Source: Magallana gigas (Eukaryota). From it: a DNA stretch of 64,000 nucleotides. Each line of letters begins with the position of its first letter. Positions within the stretch are counted from its first letter, which is position 1. The DNA is taken from contig NC_088853.1 in the NCBI RefSeq assembly GCF_963853765.1, positions 31,434,001 to 31,498,000 on the forward strand, in the 5' to 3' direction. Made by a program: the position numbers and the translations under genes. Shown piece by piece: positions 15,375 to 25,941 of this stretch. The notes under the pieces were generated by a model. It worked only from the letters and a program-made list of their open reading frames with translations. It searched no databases and was not told the DNA's origin.

Positions 15375-18300
15375 ATAGTTTTTTTTAGTGTTTAGGGAAT
15401 GAGTATATCAGCAAATGTCAATAAACACATTATATACATGCAAGCGTGTATCTATATATGTGAATAAATACTAATTAGTCCTCCTTTTAAGGTCATGTAA
15501 AATACTTACTTAAACGTGGGTGCATTGCTAAATATTGTGTGTGTCATTGAGATGGCGGCATTTCTTTGATGCCGACAAAGCAACCCAGCGTACTGCAGGG
15601 GTACTTCGGCGGCACGTCTTTGATGCCTGCAATGCGACGACCGTTTGAATTTAGCGAACTGCTGACAGAAACAAGCTATCTATTTGTAATGAAAAAAAAG
15701 CTGCTATTATTCTTTTTTACAATAAATATAAAACGGACAACATTAAAATCCATCATTTTAAAGATAAAATCGTTAAACAAACCTCAATTAAGAAAGAAAA
15801 AACGTTCGACACTCGGGAACTGAACCCGGGTCGCCTGGGCACAAGTCCACCACTTTAGCGATTGAGCTACGCGGACTCTCGCTTCAAGACTTTGAAGCCT
15901 GAAATCTCGAGAATGCGTGGATCGATTTTAAAACGGATTTCATATTCTGAAGTTATTTATGGGTCTCTATCGAATAGTAACATAAAAAAAATTAAAAAGA
16001 AAAAAGTTAAAAAATGACGTTTTTTGTTTCCTTCCGGTGACGACCGGAAGTGACTGCGGACGTTCAGATATGCATAGTACATTGCAGCTGGACACTTTCT
16101 ACCATCCCTGAAAATTTTCAAGTTCTATCTTAAATACTTTTGGAGAAAACTTGTGAACAAGTAAAAACATAAAATCTCTAATATCTCGGGACCGGAAGTG
16201 ATGACCAAAAAAATCCCACGTAGTTGTCTTACAAATTTTGTCATAAACAAGATCTGAAAGTTTTATCAAAATCGGCTGAAGCGTTTTTGAGAAAACGTGG
16301 GAGAAAAAAAAAAAGAATAATAATAATAGAGGAAAAAAAACAAAGCAAAAACAATAAGGTCTTTTGTTTCCAACGGAAGACCTTAACTATGCGATAACTC
16401 TGAATGTGGCAATTTTTGGCGTCGAAAAGTAGCGTTGAATAAAATTTCCCAATATATGTCAATAAAATATGTACATTATGCTTGCATTATTGTATCAATT
16501 TGAGGATGTGGGAAAACCAATGGGATATGTATAAAGGGATGCACGCCGGGACAGTATGGGGGCACGTGTGATGAAACATGTAGTCATGGGTGTGCAGGAG
16601 GAACTTGTGACCAACAGAAAGGAACCTGCAGTGCTGGTTGTAAACAAAACTGGACAGGGCGTCTATGTGATGGTAAGTACCTGATGAAAAATTCATTTAT
16701 AATTTAACAGTATCACATCCTGAAATTAAATTCTTTAAAACTCTGTTATTACACGTTATATTAAAGCAAACTTTGGAAATAGAATGTACTTATCTACGTA
16801 TGACACATATTCATTTTGTAATATTCATATGTTTTTGAAACTGTTATTTTGTGGAGGATAGATAAAAACACTAAAAAACAGGAAAGTCTTAAAGAATTTT
16901 TTAAATGTTTTATCAAAATGCAAGTAAGCTATAACATCACTCTAAAATGATTTTTTTTAAGTCCTAGCACATTATATTGGTTAAAAGCAGTATGGCTATG
17001 TTTCCAAAATATTTATATCATATTAACAAAATGTAAAATTTGTAAAATATTTGATAAGTTTTATTCATATTTAAATAGAAAAATGATATTTTCATTAATA
17101 ATTCTGTGTGGTGCTACATGGTAATTTGTAATTGATTGCTGAAAGTAATTTCAGACACTGAAGATCAGAAGCGTTTTAAATTTATTTGATCAGTTGAGTT
17201 GTGAATTACCTAGGTCACTAATTAAAAGTTGTCACTGCCTCAGGAAAGTTTTATCACAGCAGACTACTGTATATGAACACTATCTAAAACATCATTATTT
17301 TTTTTAAAAAGATCATTAATATTTAGTTTGACCCACTGAAAGTGATATCACACAAGCAAAAAATTTCCTCCGAAAATCAAGAAGAGGAAACATCATTTAA
17401 AGTACAATTTCAACTACAAAAAAATGATTACCCTTCGGCATCGTGCATGCAGGCGTCCATGATTAACAATCAATTGTGAGAACAATCTATGTATTTTGAT
17501 TTTATGATCTGTAAAATCACATTCTACCAATAAACGATAGACATAACTGGCATAAACTCTTCTACACATCTCACCATAAAAATACACTTTTGAGAAACAT
17601 GTAAGAGATAACAGATGATATATACTAGTTGTTTATGTTGTTAATAAATAAGATCTTTGTGTTCTTAAATTTGTTCAACAGTTTGCGACGCGACACATTA
17701 CGGACCTGCCTGCTCTATGGAATGCAATATAAATTGTTTAAACCATACCTGCAATGATGGGACTGGTTCTTGTAAAGATGGCTGCGTGTTTGAAAAATTT
17801 GGAGATTTCTGTAACGAAACTTGTGATGAACATTCTGTCTCTTGTTGTTACCAGGATACCGAGAAATGTATGCATAAAATCGTTTAAATAAAAGAAAAAA
17901 AAAACATTTTTCTTGAATCTGATGGTTTTTTTTAAAATATATATATATGTATATCTTATATTAAATCGTACAACCTCTGAAAATAATATAAATACAAGTA
18001 ATAATAATTCATTTATTATTTGAATAATATCAGATGAACAATTATGGTCAGGCGTAATCAAATCTATTATTAAGCACTTCGGGCTTCATAGGAATTGATC
18101 ACCCCCGTCCGTATTTAATTACCCCATATTTTTCAAAGAATGGGTCTTTTTTCTATAAATAATGCAGGAAACAACGTGTCAAACTTAGTTGTACAGAGTA
18201 AAATGCTTTTAGATATGGCGTATCATCGTTTCCTGCAAACCATACCATGTTTATGCATACACGAATCAAGATTACGCCCATGGTGTGGATGAGGAGGAAG

Positions 18301-19336
18301 GGTCTCAAGGATAATTGTGTTTTCTTTATTAAATATAATACTAGTGTTCGTTGAATAAATCCGTAATAATAATGTATTTGATTAACTTGAAACATGTAAA
18401 AGTGCTACATGTATTTTGTCCTGTCTTTACAGATAAGAAATTGAAGGAATCGAATTTTGAAACCATGTTAATTTTGTATGGGACGATTGCAGCTCTTTGT
18501 GTTAGTCTCATTGCCAACGGCTTCATGATAAAATGGTATGTTAACCAAACCAAATGTTAATCACATTCCCTATACAATTTCAATATATATTTTCGTTCAA
18601 ATGATTTATTTGAATTTCAATACATTGAATATATTGAATATTACCCGTGATTGAACATAAATAGTTTTAATAGAAATACTGCTGATATGATTTTTTTTTA
18701 AATACAAAACCTATCGAATACAATACTAGCAGTTGAAATAATTTGGCAAATATTCAGAGGAACAGGATTGGATGTTGATATTTATGAATAGTTTTGGGAG
18801 TGCCATGGGCGAGATTTGTGTTGAAATCAAAATGTTTTTGGTAATGGTACACACCTACTCCTATATGTGGTGTCTTTACCTTGTACACTATACAACCAAC
18901 TCTTCATTCACTAAAAACCAATCTTAAGATAAAAATGATCATTAATCAATCTGTCCGTACGTCCTGAAAATATACTTTAATTTTCCTGCATTCATGAATT
19001 AAATGAATCAAACATATTTTTTTAAAAACAAAAATCGATACAAATACACTTGAGACATGATGCATAACAACAAACGTAATAAGATATATATTGGACATAT
19101 ACCTTTTATATCATAGTAAATATATTTGAATTGATTGTTGCAGGAATTTAAGACGTGACCAATGCAAAGGGCAAGACGTAAAACCAAAGGCGATGAATAA
19201 AACTTTTCCTCTTCAGGATACCATCTCACCCCAAAATATGTATGATACAGTGGGGGACAACACAAAATACGAAGATTTGGGTCAACTCAGTGGGTCGTCT
19301 CACTACGATCAACTTGAATTGATAAAACCTAGTTAA
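9313..19336 (+). CDS. Receptor copy A: signal peptide + F-type lectin/F5-8C-like domain + short EGF stalk + TM + ITAM tail (MEGF10/11 / SCARF-like family); 7 exons, 1200 nt, 399 aa
   Basis: Exons 9313-9385, 10299-10505, 11023-11292, 16505-16672, 17682-17867, 18433-18535, 19144-19336. All introns are GT-AG, phases chain (1,1,1,1,1,2), the sum is 1200 nt with no internal stop, and the exon structure matches copy C. Confidence 0.88.
9693..9862. mobile_element. Short MITE with CATGCGCGGATC termini and poly-C tracts
   Basis: Terminal inverted repeat CATGCGCGGATC/GATCCGCGCATG; orthologous copy at 28546-28705. Confidence 0.65.
10299..10505 (+). CDS. Copy A exon 2, N-half of F-type-lectin-like domain (ENLSRRPT..ANDGD..CSHT..AWLQVDFG..IHYRREG)
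   Basis: AG/GT flanked, 207 nt. NL..A.QSST, ANDG, CxHT and WLQVDF motifs are typical of fucolectin/F5-8C folds. Confidence 0.92.
11023..11292 (+). CDS. Copy A exon 3, C-half of lectin-like domain (WKQYRFRQFYLD..RCYTD..IDIPCKQTARYVIVET..LEICEIKVYG)
   Basis: 270 nt open, AG/GT flanked, LEICEI.VYG terminal motif; same length as 54054-54323. Confidence 0.92.
13292..13633 (+). mobile_element. Helentron-type non-autonomous element (HINE-like)
   Basis: Starts AACTAG, 5' palindrome CTCGTTGCAAGCAACGAG followed by GGTCTTCCG; two 3' hairpins GGTCTTCC..GGAAGACC, then TAAT. Confidence 0.6.
14418..15092 (+). repeat. Two diverged ~275-bp direct repeats (14418-14690, 14815-15092)
   Basis: Both start (G)CAGACAATAA.AATGGGGTCCGAGG and end GCCAGAAAAACTAAAT.ATTTT.TGAAT. 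Confidence 0.85.
15807..15876 (-). other. tRNA-derived sequence (SINE head or tRNA pseudogene)
   Basis: Reads GTCCGCGTAGCTCAATCG..CCCGGGTTCAGTTCCCG; A-box, B-box and T-arm present, but the acceptor stem does not pair. Confidence 0.5.
15990..16386 (+). mobile_element. HINE-like element, 3' portion with ~150-bp internal repeat
   Basis: ACCGGAAGTGA repeated ~147 bp apart; A-rich tract, then GGTCTT..GGAAGACCTTAA hairpin like 13292-13633. Confidence 0.5.
16505..16672 (+). CDS. Copy A exon 4, EGF-like repeats (GCGKTNGICIKGCTPGQYGGTC..WTGRLCD)
   Basis: 168 nt Cys-rich open frame, G|GTAAG donor. The acceptor context (tgtatcaatttgag|gatgtg) is homologous to copy C (tttatgaattttag|gatgtg), although GAG is a weak acceptor. 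Confidence 0.8.
17682..17867 (+). CDS. Copy A exon 5, EGF-like repeats (VCDATHYGPACSMEC..FGDFCNETCD..)
   Basis: 186 nt open, CAG acceptor, GTATGC donor, Cys spacing of laminin-type EGF. Confidence 0.88.
18433..18535 (+). CDS. Copy A exon 6, transmembrane helix (MLILYGTIAALCVSLIANGFMIKW)
   Basis: 103 nt, same length and phase as 59395-59497. Confidence 0.88.
19144..19336 (+). CDS. Copy A exon 7, cytoplasmic tail with MYDTV and YEDL-x8-YDQL, stop TAA
   Basis: TTGCAG acceptor, open to TAA at 19334-19336; tail motifs conserved with 61343-61526. Confidence 0.9.
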
Positions 19337-20446
19337 TTGATATTCATTTGTAATCAGAGAAATAATGAGTATGTTTGTTATAAAATTAAAGCAAACTAAT
19401 TTATATCATGAAAACCAACAATCAATTTCAATGAAAAGATTTGCATGTGTAATAATTATTGATTTTGATCAGAGTGTGAATATACACGGATATTAGGAGT
19501 TTCTTTTTTGCTGCACAACAGAAAATGCTTAGTGTTCGGATTTTTAAAAATATGTTTTTATTTGAGGGTTTTCATCTTTTGCGAATAGCCTATTTATTGA
19601 TTGTTAATTACATTGAAGTGGATTTTGTACCATTTTATGACCGCAATTAGGCTATAAACTAGTGCAATTAATACTTTTAAAAGTGGTCGAAAATGAAAAA
19701 AATTAATATACATGCATATGCTTTCCAAAGATAATATTAAATATTATTGTAAATCCCAATTTTGTGTTTTTTAATGTTGGTTTATTATAATAGATGGTAA
19801 TCGTGTATAGTCACATATTAAGATACATGCATTGTACATTTAATTTTCAAACATGTATTATGAATTGTGTTGTTTCTGTTTATAATTGCCGACTGTAAAT
19901 ATGTTTTCAGGACCATAATGTAAATAAGCCTAGTAATGATCTGAAAGATCACTTTTTTTTATTTTATAAAAGTGCTTGCTTTATATAGAGGCTTTTTTAA
20001 TAGCTCAAAATAATTTATTTCCATCTTGGTACATGTACTCCTTTGTATATTTTCCTTTCAAGTTTTGTGTATACCCGAATCGTTTAGCACCATGCATGCC
20101 GATTTATAGACGCACAGTCTTTTTCTTTTTGCATTAATCATTGTGTTCATACGGAAAGGTTTTGCGAAATTCAAGTTCAATATCAATTTAAAAGAAGTAT
20201 TCCTTTTAAAGGAATGATCGGCAATAATCATATATTGATAGCTAAAAGCAATGATCAGTTTGATGTAAAATAATTAAAAAGTACTGTATTTTTACAAAAT
20301 ATAGAATATTTTGAATCTGTACTGCACCATAATTTCATCATTATAAACCGTCAACAAATTTAATTTTGAAATAAATTCGGGGAAAGCCGTACGTAAACTC
20401 CTTGTCTAATTTTATATTTTTAACGTAATTATCAAATGGTAATGTA

Positions 20447-20499
20447 TCTTCTTCTTCTTCTTCTTCTTCTTCTTCTTCTTCTTCTTCTTCTTCTTCTTC
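20447..20499. repeat. (CTT)n microsatellite
   Basis: Perfect trinucleotide run. Confidence 0.97.
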
Positions 20500-23137
20500 A
20501 GAATACTAAGTAGGGCTCTTCACAGAGCATTAACACGTATACAAACATTGAATGCCATCATAACTTGCTATTGAGGTCGCATCATAACGTTACCTTGTTT
20601 ATAAATCAAGCCGTCTTCCTAGCTACTATTATGCAACATCAATAGATCGAGGTCAGTTCATGGAGCATCTTCTTATGATTGAGGTCAGTTCGTCGAGGTC
20701 AACTGCATTACTGAATGAATCTTTCGATCGAAAGGCTTACGCGTGAGACAAAATGTGCATTCTTGAATTGACAGGTCGAACTGTATTTATGTATGTTTGC
20801 ATATCTTAAGGTAAAGGAATTGAAATAAAACTGAGTAAAATGTTATATAAATACTTAACCAAACTTCAAGTTTTTATAAGAACTACTTATGCAAGCGGAA
20901 TGTGTGCGCACGTGGAAGCATTTGCCGGATGCCTGATATGGACACAACAGTGATCGGCCGAAGCCGATCACAAAAAACAGCAAAACATGTTACCCCCCCC
21001 CCCCCCGAAAAAAAACAAAACAAAACAAAACAAAAAACGCTACGTTATACATAAACGTGACTCTAAGAAACATCCGTTAAAGGAAATGATAAATCAACAA
21101 GAATGATGCAAATGTGCTGTCACTTCCTTATCCTAAAAAATTAAGCACTTAATATACTTATCGTTATTAATAAAGTGTGGAAAAGAAATGATAAAATGGG
21201 TCAAATAAGTGTCAACGGTTATCTTTAATAAGCAAAAGGTCTAGAATTTAATAATAATTTTTTAAATGATATTTGACGGGTTTTTTTAAACTGAGGCTGA
21301 TATTCGCTTCAATTCTGATAGAGTCATGGTATCTTTACACCCAGGCATGAGTGGTGTTTCTCTTATTAAATAACATGCAGTGACGCTGGTATTTTTGACA
21401 ATCGAAGGAGAAAATCTCATCCGAGTTTCATTTCCGGCACTGGCAACATAGCGAAAAAAACGAGTTTAACTGTTTAAGTCTGACGATAACCTCGTTAAAT
21501 TTTGATCTTCGTCCGTAAAAGATCAAAGACGTTTTATGCTTATGTGTTGCTTAGAAATTAGGCAACTTTTATTTGCGATATTGTAAAGCATGTGGTAATT
21601 TTATTGACTGTTTGTATTATACATCTGTTGTCACAATTCGAAGTTCTAGTTTCTTAAACATATAAACATACGAGATCTTCAAATCAAATTTCTTTAATGG
21701 ACATGCACATATACAGTCAATACACAACAATAAGATTTAGCTAACGATTTCAAAACAAATAAATATTTGCAAGGACAGTTTATGCTTGTATTATCAAAGA
21801 AGAGAAAGCAGTCTAACAATTTATTGGTTTGATGTGTGTAAACAACAATTTATCAAATATATATAAAAATGTATGACAAACTCTCAAAGTTCTTTGCTTT
21901 CATGAAATCAACTTCAAATGATTTACAAAGCCTTTTTCTTGCAGTCTGCGCAGTAATTATTCATGAACAATAACGTCACATTGCACTTTGTCATTTCGCC
22001 CCGGTTAAAACAAGTTTGATGGCATGGACATTTTTAAATTAATATTAATTCAAAATCAGTATATAAATATCATATTTCAATTTAATAAATAAAATTATTT
22101 GTTTCTCTTACAAGAAGGCCTTTACCCATTATGTTCAATTGAGGAGAAAAGTTATACACACTGTTTCTGTAATGGTTCCTACTAAAATCTATTTCGATTT
22201 TCGTGTAATTTTTATTATTGATTTTTATTTATTTTTAGTAACTGTAACTCATATTAAATTTCCATAGCAATCACTATTGAGGTTATAAATGAAAATGATT
22301 TCTTTAGCACCATTTACATTTGTTTTAGTTAAGTAGATATTACAATCCAACCGAAACAGAACCGAACGTGTGGTTGAACGAGATAACATTAAGCAGATAG
22401 CGTGGATAGGATAACTCGGGTAGGAATATAAAGGGTCTTAATTAACTTCCGTGTTTAGATTACATGGATTTTCTCATGTAGACAACTAAAAGACTGGTAA
22501 TAAACGGGTTGCTTTATAAATGAATAAGCCTTTTGCTGTTAAATCAATTTTGGAGAAAAAAAATGAGAAAAAATATTGAGAAAAATCGAAAGAAAATAAA
22601 TATAACAATAAAAAATGTAATACCATTTTAAAATTTGTAGGGTAAAAAGGTGTATGAATACATCACATGTTTTCAAGATGATATTTAATTTCTCTGTGAA
22701 GTTTGATACTAAAAATATACTACACTACTGTTCATTTAAAAAATTAACAGCAAATTAAAACGGTCTTCGGGAAATGATCTTGGTTTGTCGCGTGATCTTA
22801 TTCTCTGAAAAGTTTCACAAGACTTAATTCTAGACAAACCAAGTTCAAAGCCCGGTCAACTTTTAACATTGCTTATTTATTGTTTATTTTCAGTAGAGCA
22901 ACCTTGAAACGTTATGCCAAGTGATAATTAGTTTGACCTCATTAAACGTTTTACACATATTAAAACGTGTTTTTTTTTTTTGCTTCTCTAGAGGTTTATA
23001 TAAGAAAACATTTTTGGAAATATAAATATATGTATTACATCTATAATATACACTAACGTTATCGCTATATGCGACTTAAAAAATACATGTAACAATTGAA
23101 ACCAAATCATGCCTTTTTTGTTGCTTGCTTTGAAAAT

Positions 23138-23376
23138 TTAAAGATCTTTTTCACAAATAATGTTGCTAATTAGATTACAATCAACATCATTCCACACACC
23201 TCTGTCACATATTCTGACACAGTCCTCGACACTGGTCTGGCTGCTGGGTTCTCCAGACGGCCAATTTACGTACGTCACATTTTCTTTGTTCGTCCATTGG
23301 AACTCGCCCTCTATATCTTGGTCATTGGCACCAATCCATGTCTTGCAGCAGCGCCAAAAGTCGGTGTCACATATGT
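23138..23376 (-). CDS. Lectin gene exon 4 (..WIGANDQDIEGEFQW..WPSGEPS..EDCVRIC..WNDVDC..ICEKDL*)
   Basis: 239 nt open to TAA; CTLD carbohydrate-recognition motifs. Confidence 0.9.
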
Positions 23377-23803
23377 CTAAAAGTTATCAAATGAGAACAA
23401 TCACTTTTTAAATATCGAAATTAAGTTTATTAACTCAATATTTTATGTTTAAGTATAACCGGAACCAAACAATTATCAAATACAGTGTTATTGGCCATAT
23501 TGATTAATGTCAAATAAAACAATCAAACAGTAATATACGTAGAGCAACTATTTCAATTTTGAAGTAATCCGTTGACAATTACATGTAACGTTAGGGTTAC
23601 TGTAAAACATATTCTATTTGCGTGCGATAAATCGCAAGCGGGGGTTGTCGTGATTAATTATTACCGCCACGAAACAGTCATCAAATGCCTCTGGTGTATC
23701 ATCCGCAGACAATCTTAATCTTGATTGCTCGTGAAATATATTCCTCAATTATCAACCTTGGGTTTAAGAGGATATGAAAAATTCTGAGACGAGGAGGGTT
23801 ATT

Positions 23804-24147
23804 GCTTACCTTGGTGCATTGTCGGTAACTGTCAACGCTTACCTTGATCGATTGTCGGTAACAATGTCATCGCTTACCTTGGTCCATTGTCGGTAACAGT
23901 GTCATCGCTTACCTTGGTCCATTGTCGGTAACAGTGTCATCGCTTACCTTGGTTCATTGTAGGTAACAGTGTCATCGCTTACCTTTGTTCATTGTCGGTA
24001 AGAGTGTCATCGCTTACCTTGGTCCATTGTCGGTAACAGTGTCATCGCTTACCTTGGTCCATTGTCGGTAACAGTGTCATCGCTTACCTTGATCCATTGT
24101 CGGTAACAGTGTCATCGCTTACCTTGGTCCATTGTCGGTAACAGTGT
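23804..24147. repeat. Tandem array, about 10 x 35 bp (GCTTACCTTGGTCCATTGTCGGTAACAGTGTCATC), made of the lectin exon-3 end plus its 5' splice site
   Basis: Units start at 23804, 23837, 23872, 23907, 23942, 23977, 24012, 24047, 24082, 24117; each reads ..AG|GTAAGC on the minus strand. Confidence 0.95.
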
Positions 24148-24219
24148 GTTTGACACCCAGTCGCTCTCCTCTTTACTTTCTATTCTACTTAGATAAGCCC
24201 CGACACTGTCACAGTGATC
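24123..24219 (-). CDS. Lectin gene exon 3 (DHCDSVGAYLSRIESKEESDWVSNTLLPTMDQ)
   Basis: 97 nt, TAG acceptor, G|GTAAGC donor; CTLD helix-1/2 motif. Confidence 0.85.
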
Positions 24220-24639
24220 CTATGAGAATTGAAAATATGAACCCTTTTAATTTGAAGCTGCAATTTCTTTAAACGAAACAATTTAACCACATTGAACTTG
24301 TTAAAAAACTTGTGTTGTATTGCACAACTTATGTCACATTGGTTTGTGTGACAGAAAACGATTGTCGATTCAATTAAAGAAAAACAAAATCACATAACTA
24401 CGCTTCAATAGCATTTCAAAGATGCTACAAAATCATTTACAAAATCGCACACATTAAAACGAAACGAACACTTAATCTTCAAGCAGATGAGTATTATAAA
24501 GAATCTTTGTCTAATTCAGATTTTATATATAAATTGTACGAAAGAATTGTTTTTATGTCAAACAAATCGGTTTTTTTTTTAAAATACAGAATGTTAGTGT
24601 TTTTAAGTCTGTATTTTAATTGCATATAAAAATTACTAC

Positions 24640-24719
24640 CTTGCCCTGCACCCATGTGGCATTCATCTCAATGTATATATAACAGTGGTCATTGTAGAGA
24701 TGCCATCCCAATTCGCACA
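24640..24719 (-). CDS. Lectin gene exon 2 (VCELGWHLYNDHCYIYIEMNATWVQGK)
   Basis: 80 nt, CAG acceptor, GTAGTA donor; classic long-form CTLD start. Confidence 0.85.
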
Positions 24720-24912
24720 CTGTAAATGTATTGAAAAAATGTTTAAATTTTAATTTTCTTTATAAAATTTGCACATGTAAATCAAGCACAAAAATGCACA
24801 TGTATGTATTTTTTTGGTATAGTTTTGTAAATGGTTGGTGATATTATTGCAGTTTAAAAAAAAAAACAAAAAAAAAAAAAATCCAAGTATTGCATTTTTT
24901 CTAAATACATAC

Positions 24913-25237
24913 CATTATTATGAATGAAAAGGCCCAATCCGATATCTGTACGATTCCTGTCAAAGGAAGCTTCATAGAGACGCGCTTTTAGAAGATGACA
25001 TGTTCCTGTGTTCTGGTTGTACAACAATCCTGCACAAAACACGCACACTGCAGCACACTGTATTATGCTATCGCATTGTTTTGTTTCCATGTAGTTTACA
25101 TAGCCAGTTGTAGGAAGCAAGTTGTCGAAAGCAACATCTCTCGTTAAGATAACATCCATTGTTAATGTCATAGTATCGGACACAAGCTATGTACCAATGA
25201 ATAAAATCCAAGATACGAAAATTATCTGTTTCGGCAT
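24913..25237 (-). CDS. Lectin gene exon 1: signal peptide (interrupted by TAG) + PAN/apple domain
   Basis: MPKQIIFVSWILFIGT*LVSDTMTLTMDVIL..CDSIIQCAAVCVFCAGLLYNQNTGTCHLL..; G|GTATGT donor. Confidence 0.8.
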
Positions 25238-25941
25238 GTAAAAATAATCGTGTTTATAGCAATTGAAAATTGAAATTTAATCTTCTCTCATATCCAGAAA
25301 ACAGTTTATATAACATGACGCAGATGATTTTCTTAATCTTCCTATGAAACAAGAGCAAGACAGACGTGAATATTGCTTTAGTCACAACTATTCTAGCACC
25401 ATCAATGACATATCATGTTCGTATCGGATGTGCTTTTAACAAGTACATATTAAATATTCATGTTACATGTACTTGGATATATCGTCCATGTCTATTGTGG
25501 CCCTTTTAATTATCAGTTGCCAGTGATTTATGTCGCAATGTCAGAAACACTGTTGACAAGTCTGTTTGATCTTCCATACGATGCAGCACTATGCCGACCA
25601 GATATATCAATACCTTTAATATTTCCCTATAAATCTAATTTTACGTTTTAAAAAAGACAATCCTAACGTAAGTTATGTACACTTACAACCCCTTTCAACT
25701 TTAACAATTGAAGTGAAAACGATCTATTTTACGACCCATTGACATGATAAAATTTCCTATCCTAAACCTTACAATGGAATCAAAGAAAAATATAATGAAT
25801 TGCTTCGCGAATCGCAAACTCTAAACCAACAGTTGTGATGCATTTCTATCATTTATTGATAAGTCTATCTTTCCTTTTCTTTAGTTTTGATTTCATTACC
25901 AGGTACTTCTAAAATATAAGGGTTACAAATTTTAGATTTCA

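Larger units (their letters stand above)
23138..25237 (-). pseudogene. PAN/apple + C-type lectin domain (perlucin-like) gene, 4 exons, with in-frame TAG at codon 17 (pseudogene/null allele, or restart at a downstream ATG)
   Basis: Exons (minus) 25237-24913, 24719-24640, 24219-24123, 23376-23138; GT-AG, phases 1,0,1, total 741 nt. PAN motif SIIQCAAVC..C.GLLYN..TGTCHL; CTLD motifs CELGW..HCY, HC...GAYLSRIES.EE, WIGAND..EGEFQW, EPS, EDC, WND.DC, ICEK. TAG lies at 25189-25187. Confidence 0.85.

Noticed and set aside
16470-16504. Apparent frameshifted Cys-rich extension (CTLCLHYCINLR) upstream of copy A exon 4, suggesting a pseudogene
   Set aside because: The stretch aligns to the intronic acceptor region of copy C, and the 222-nt in-frame difference explains the short exon without a frameshift.
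21424-21435. ISRE/EICE-like AGTTTCATTTCC
   Set aside because: Single short match far from any 5' end; expected by chance.
23804-24147. CRISPR-like 35-bp repeats
   Set aside because: Head-to-tail with no spacers, eukaryotic context, derived from an exon-intron junction.
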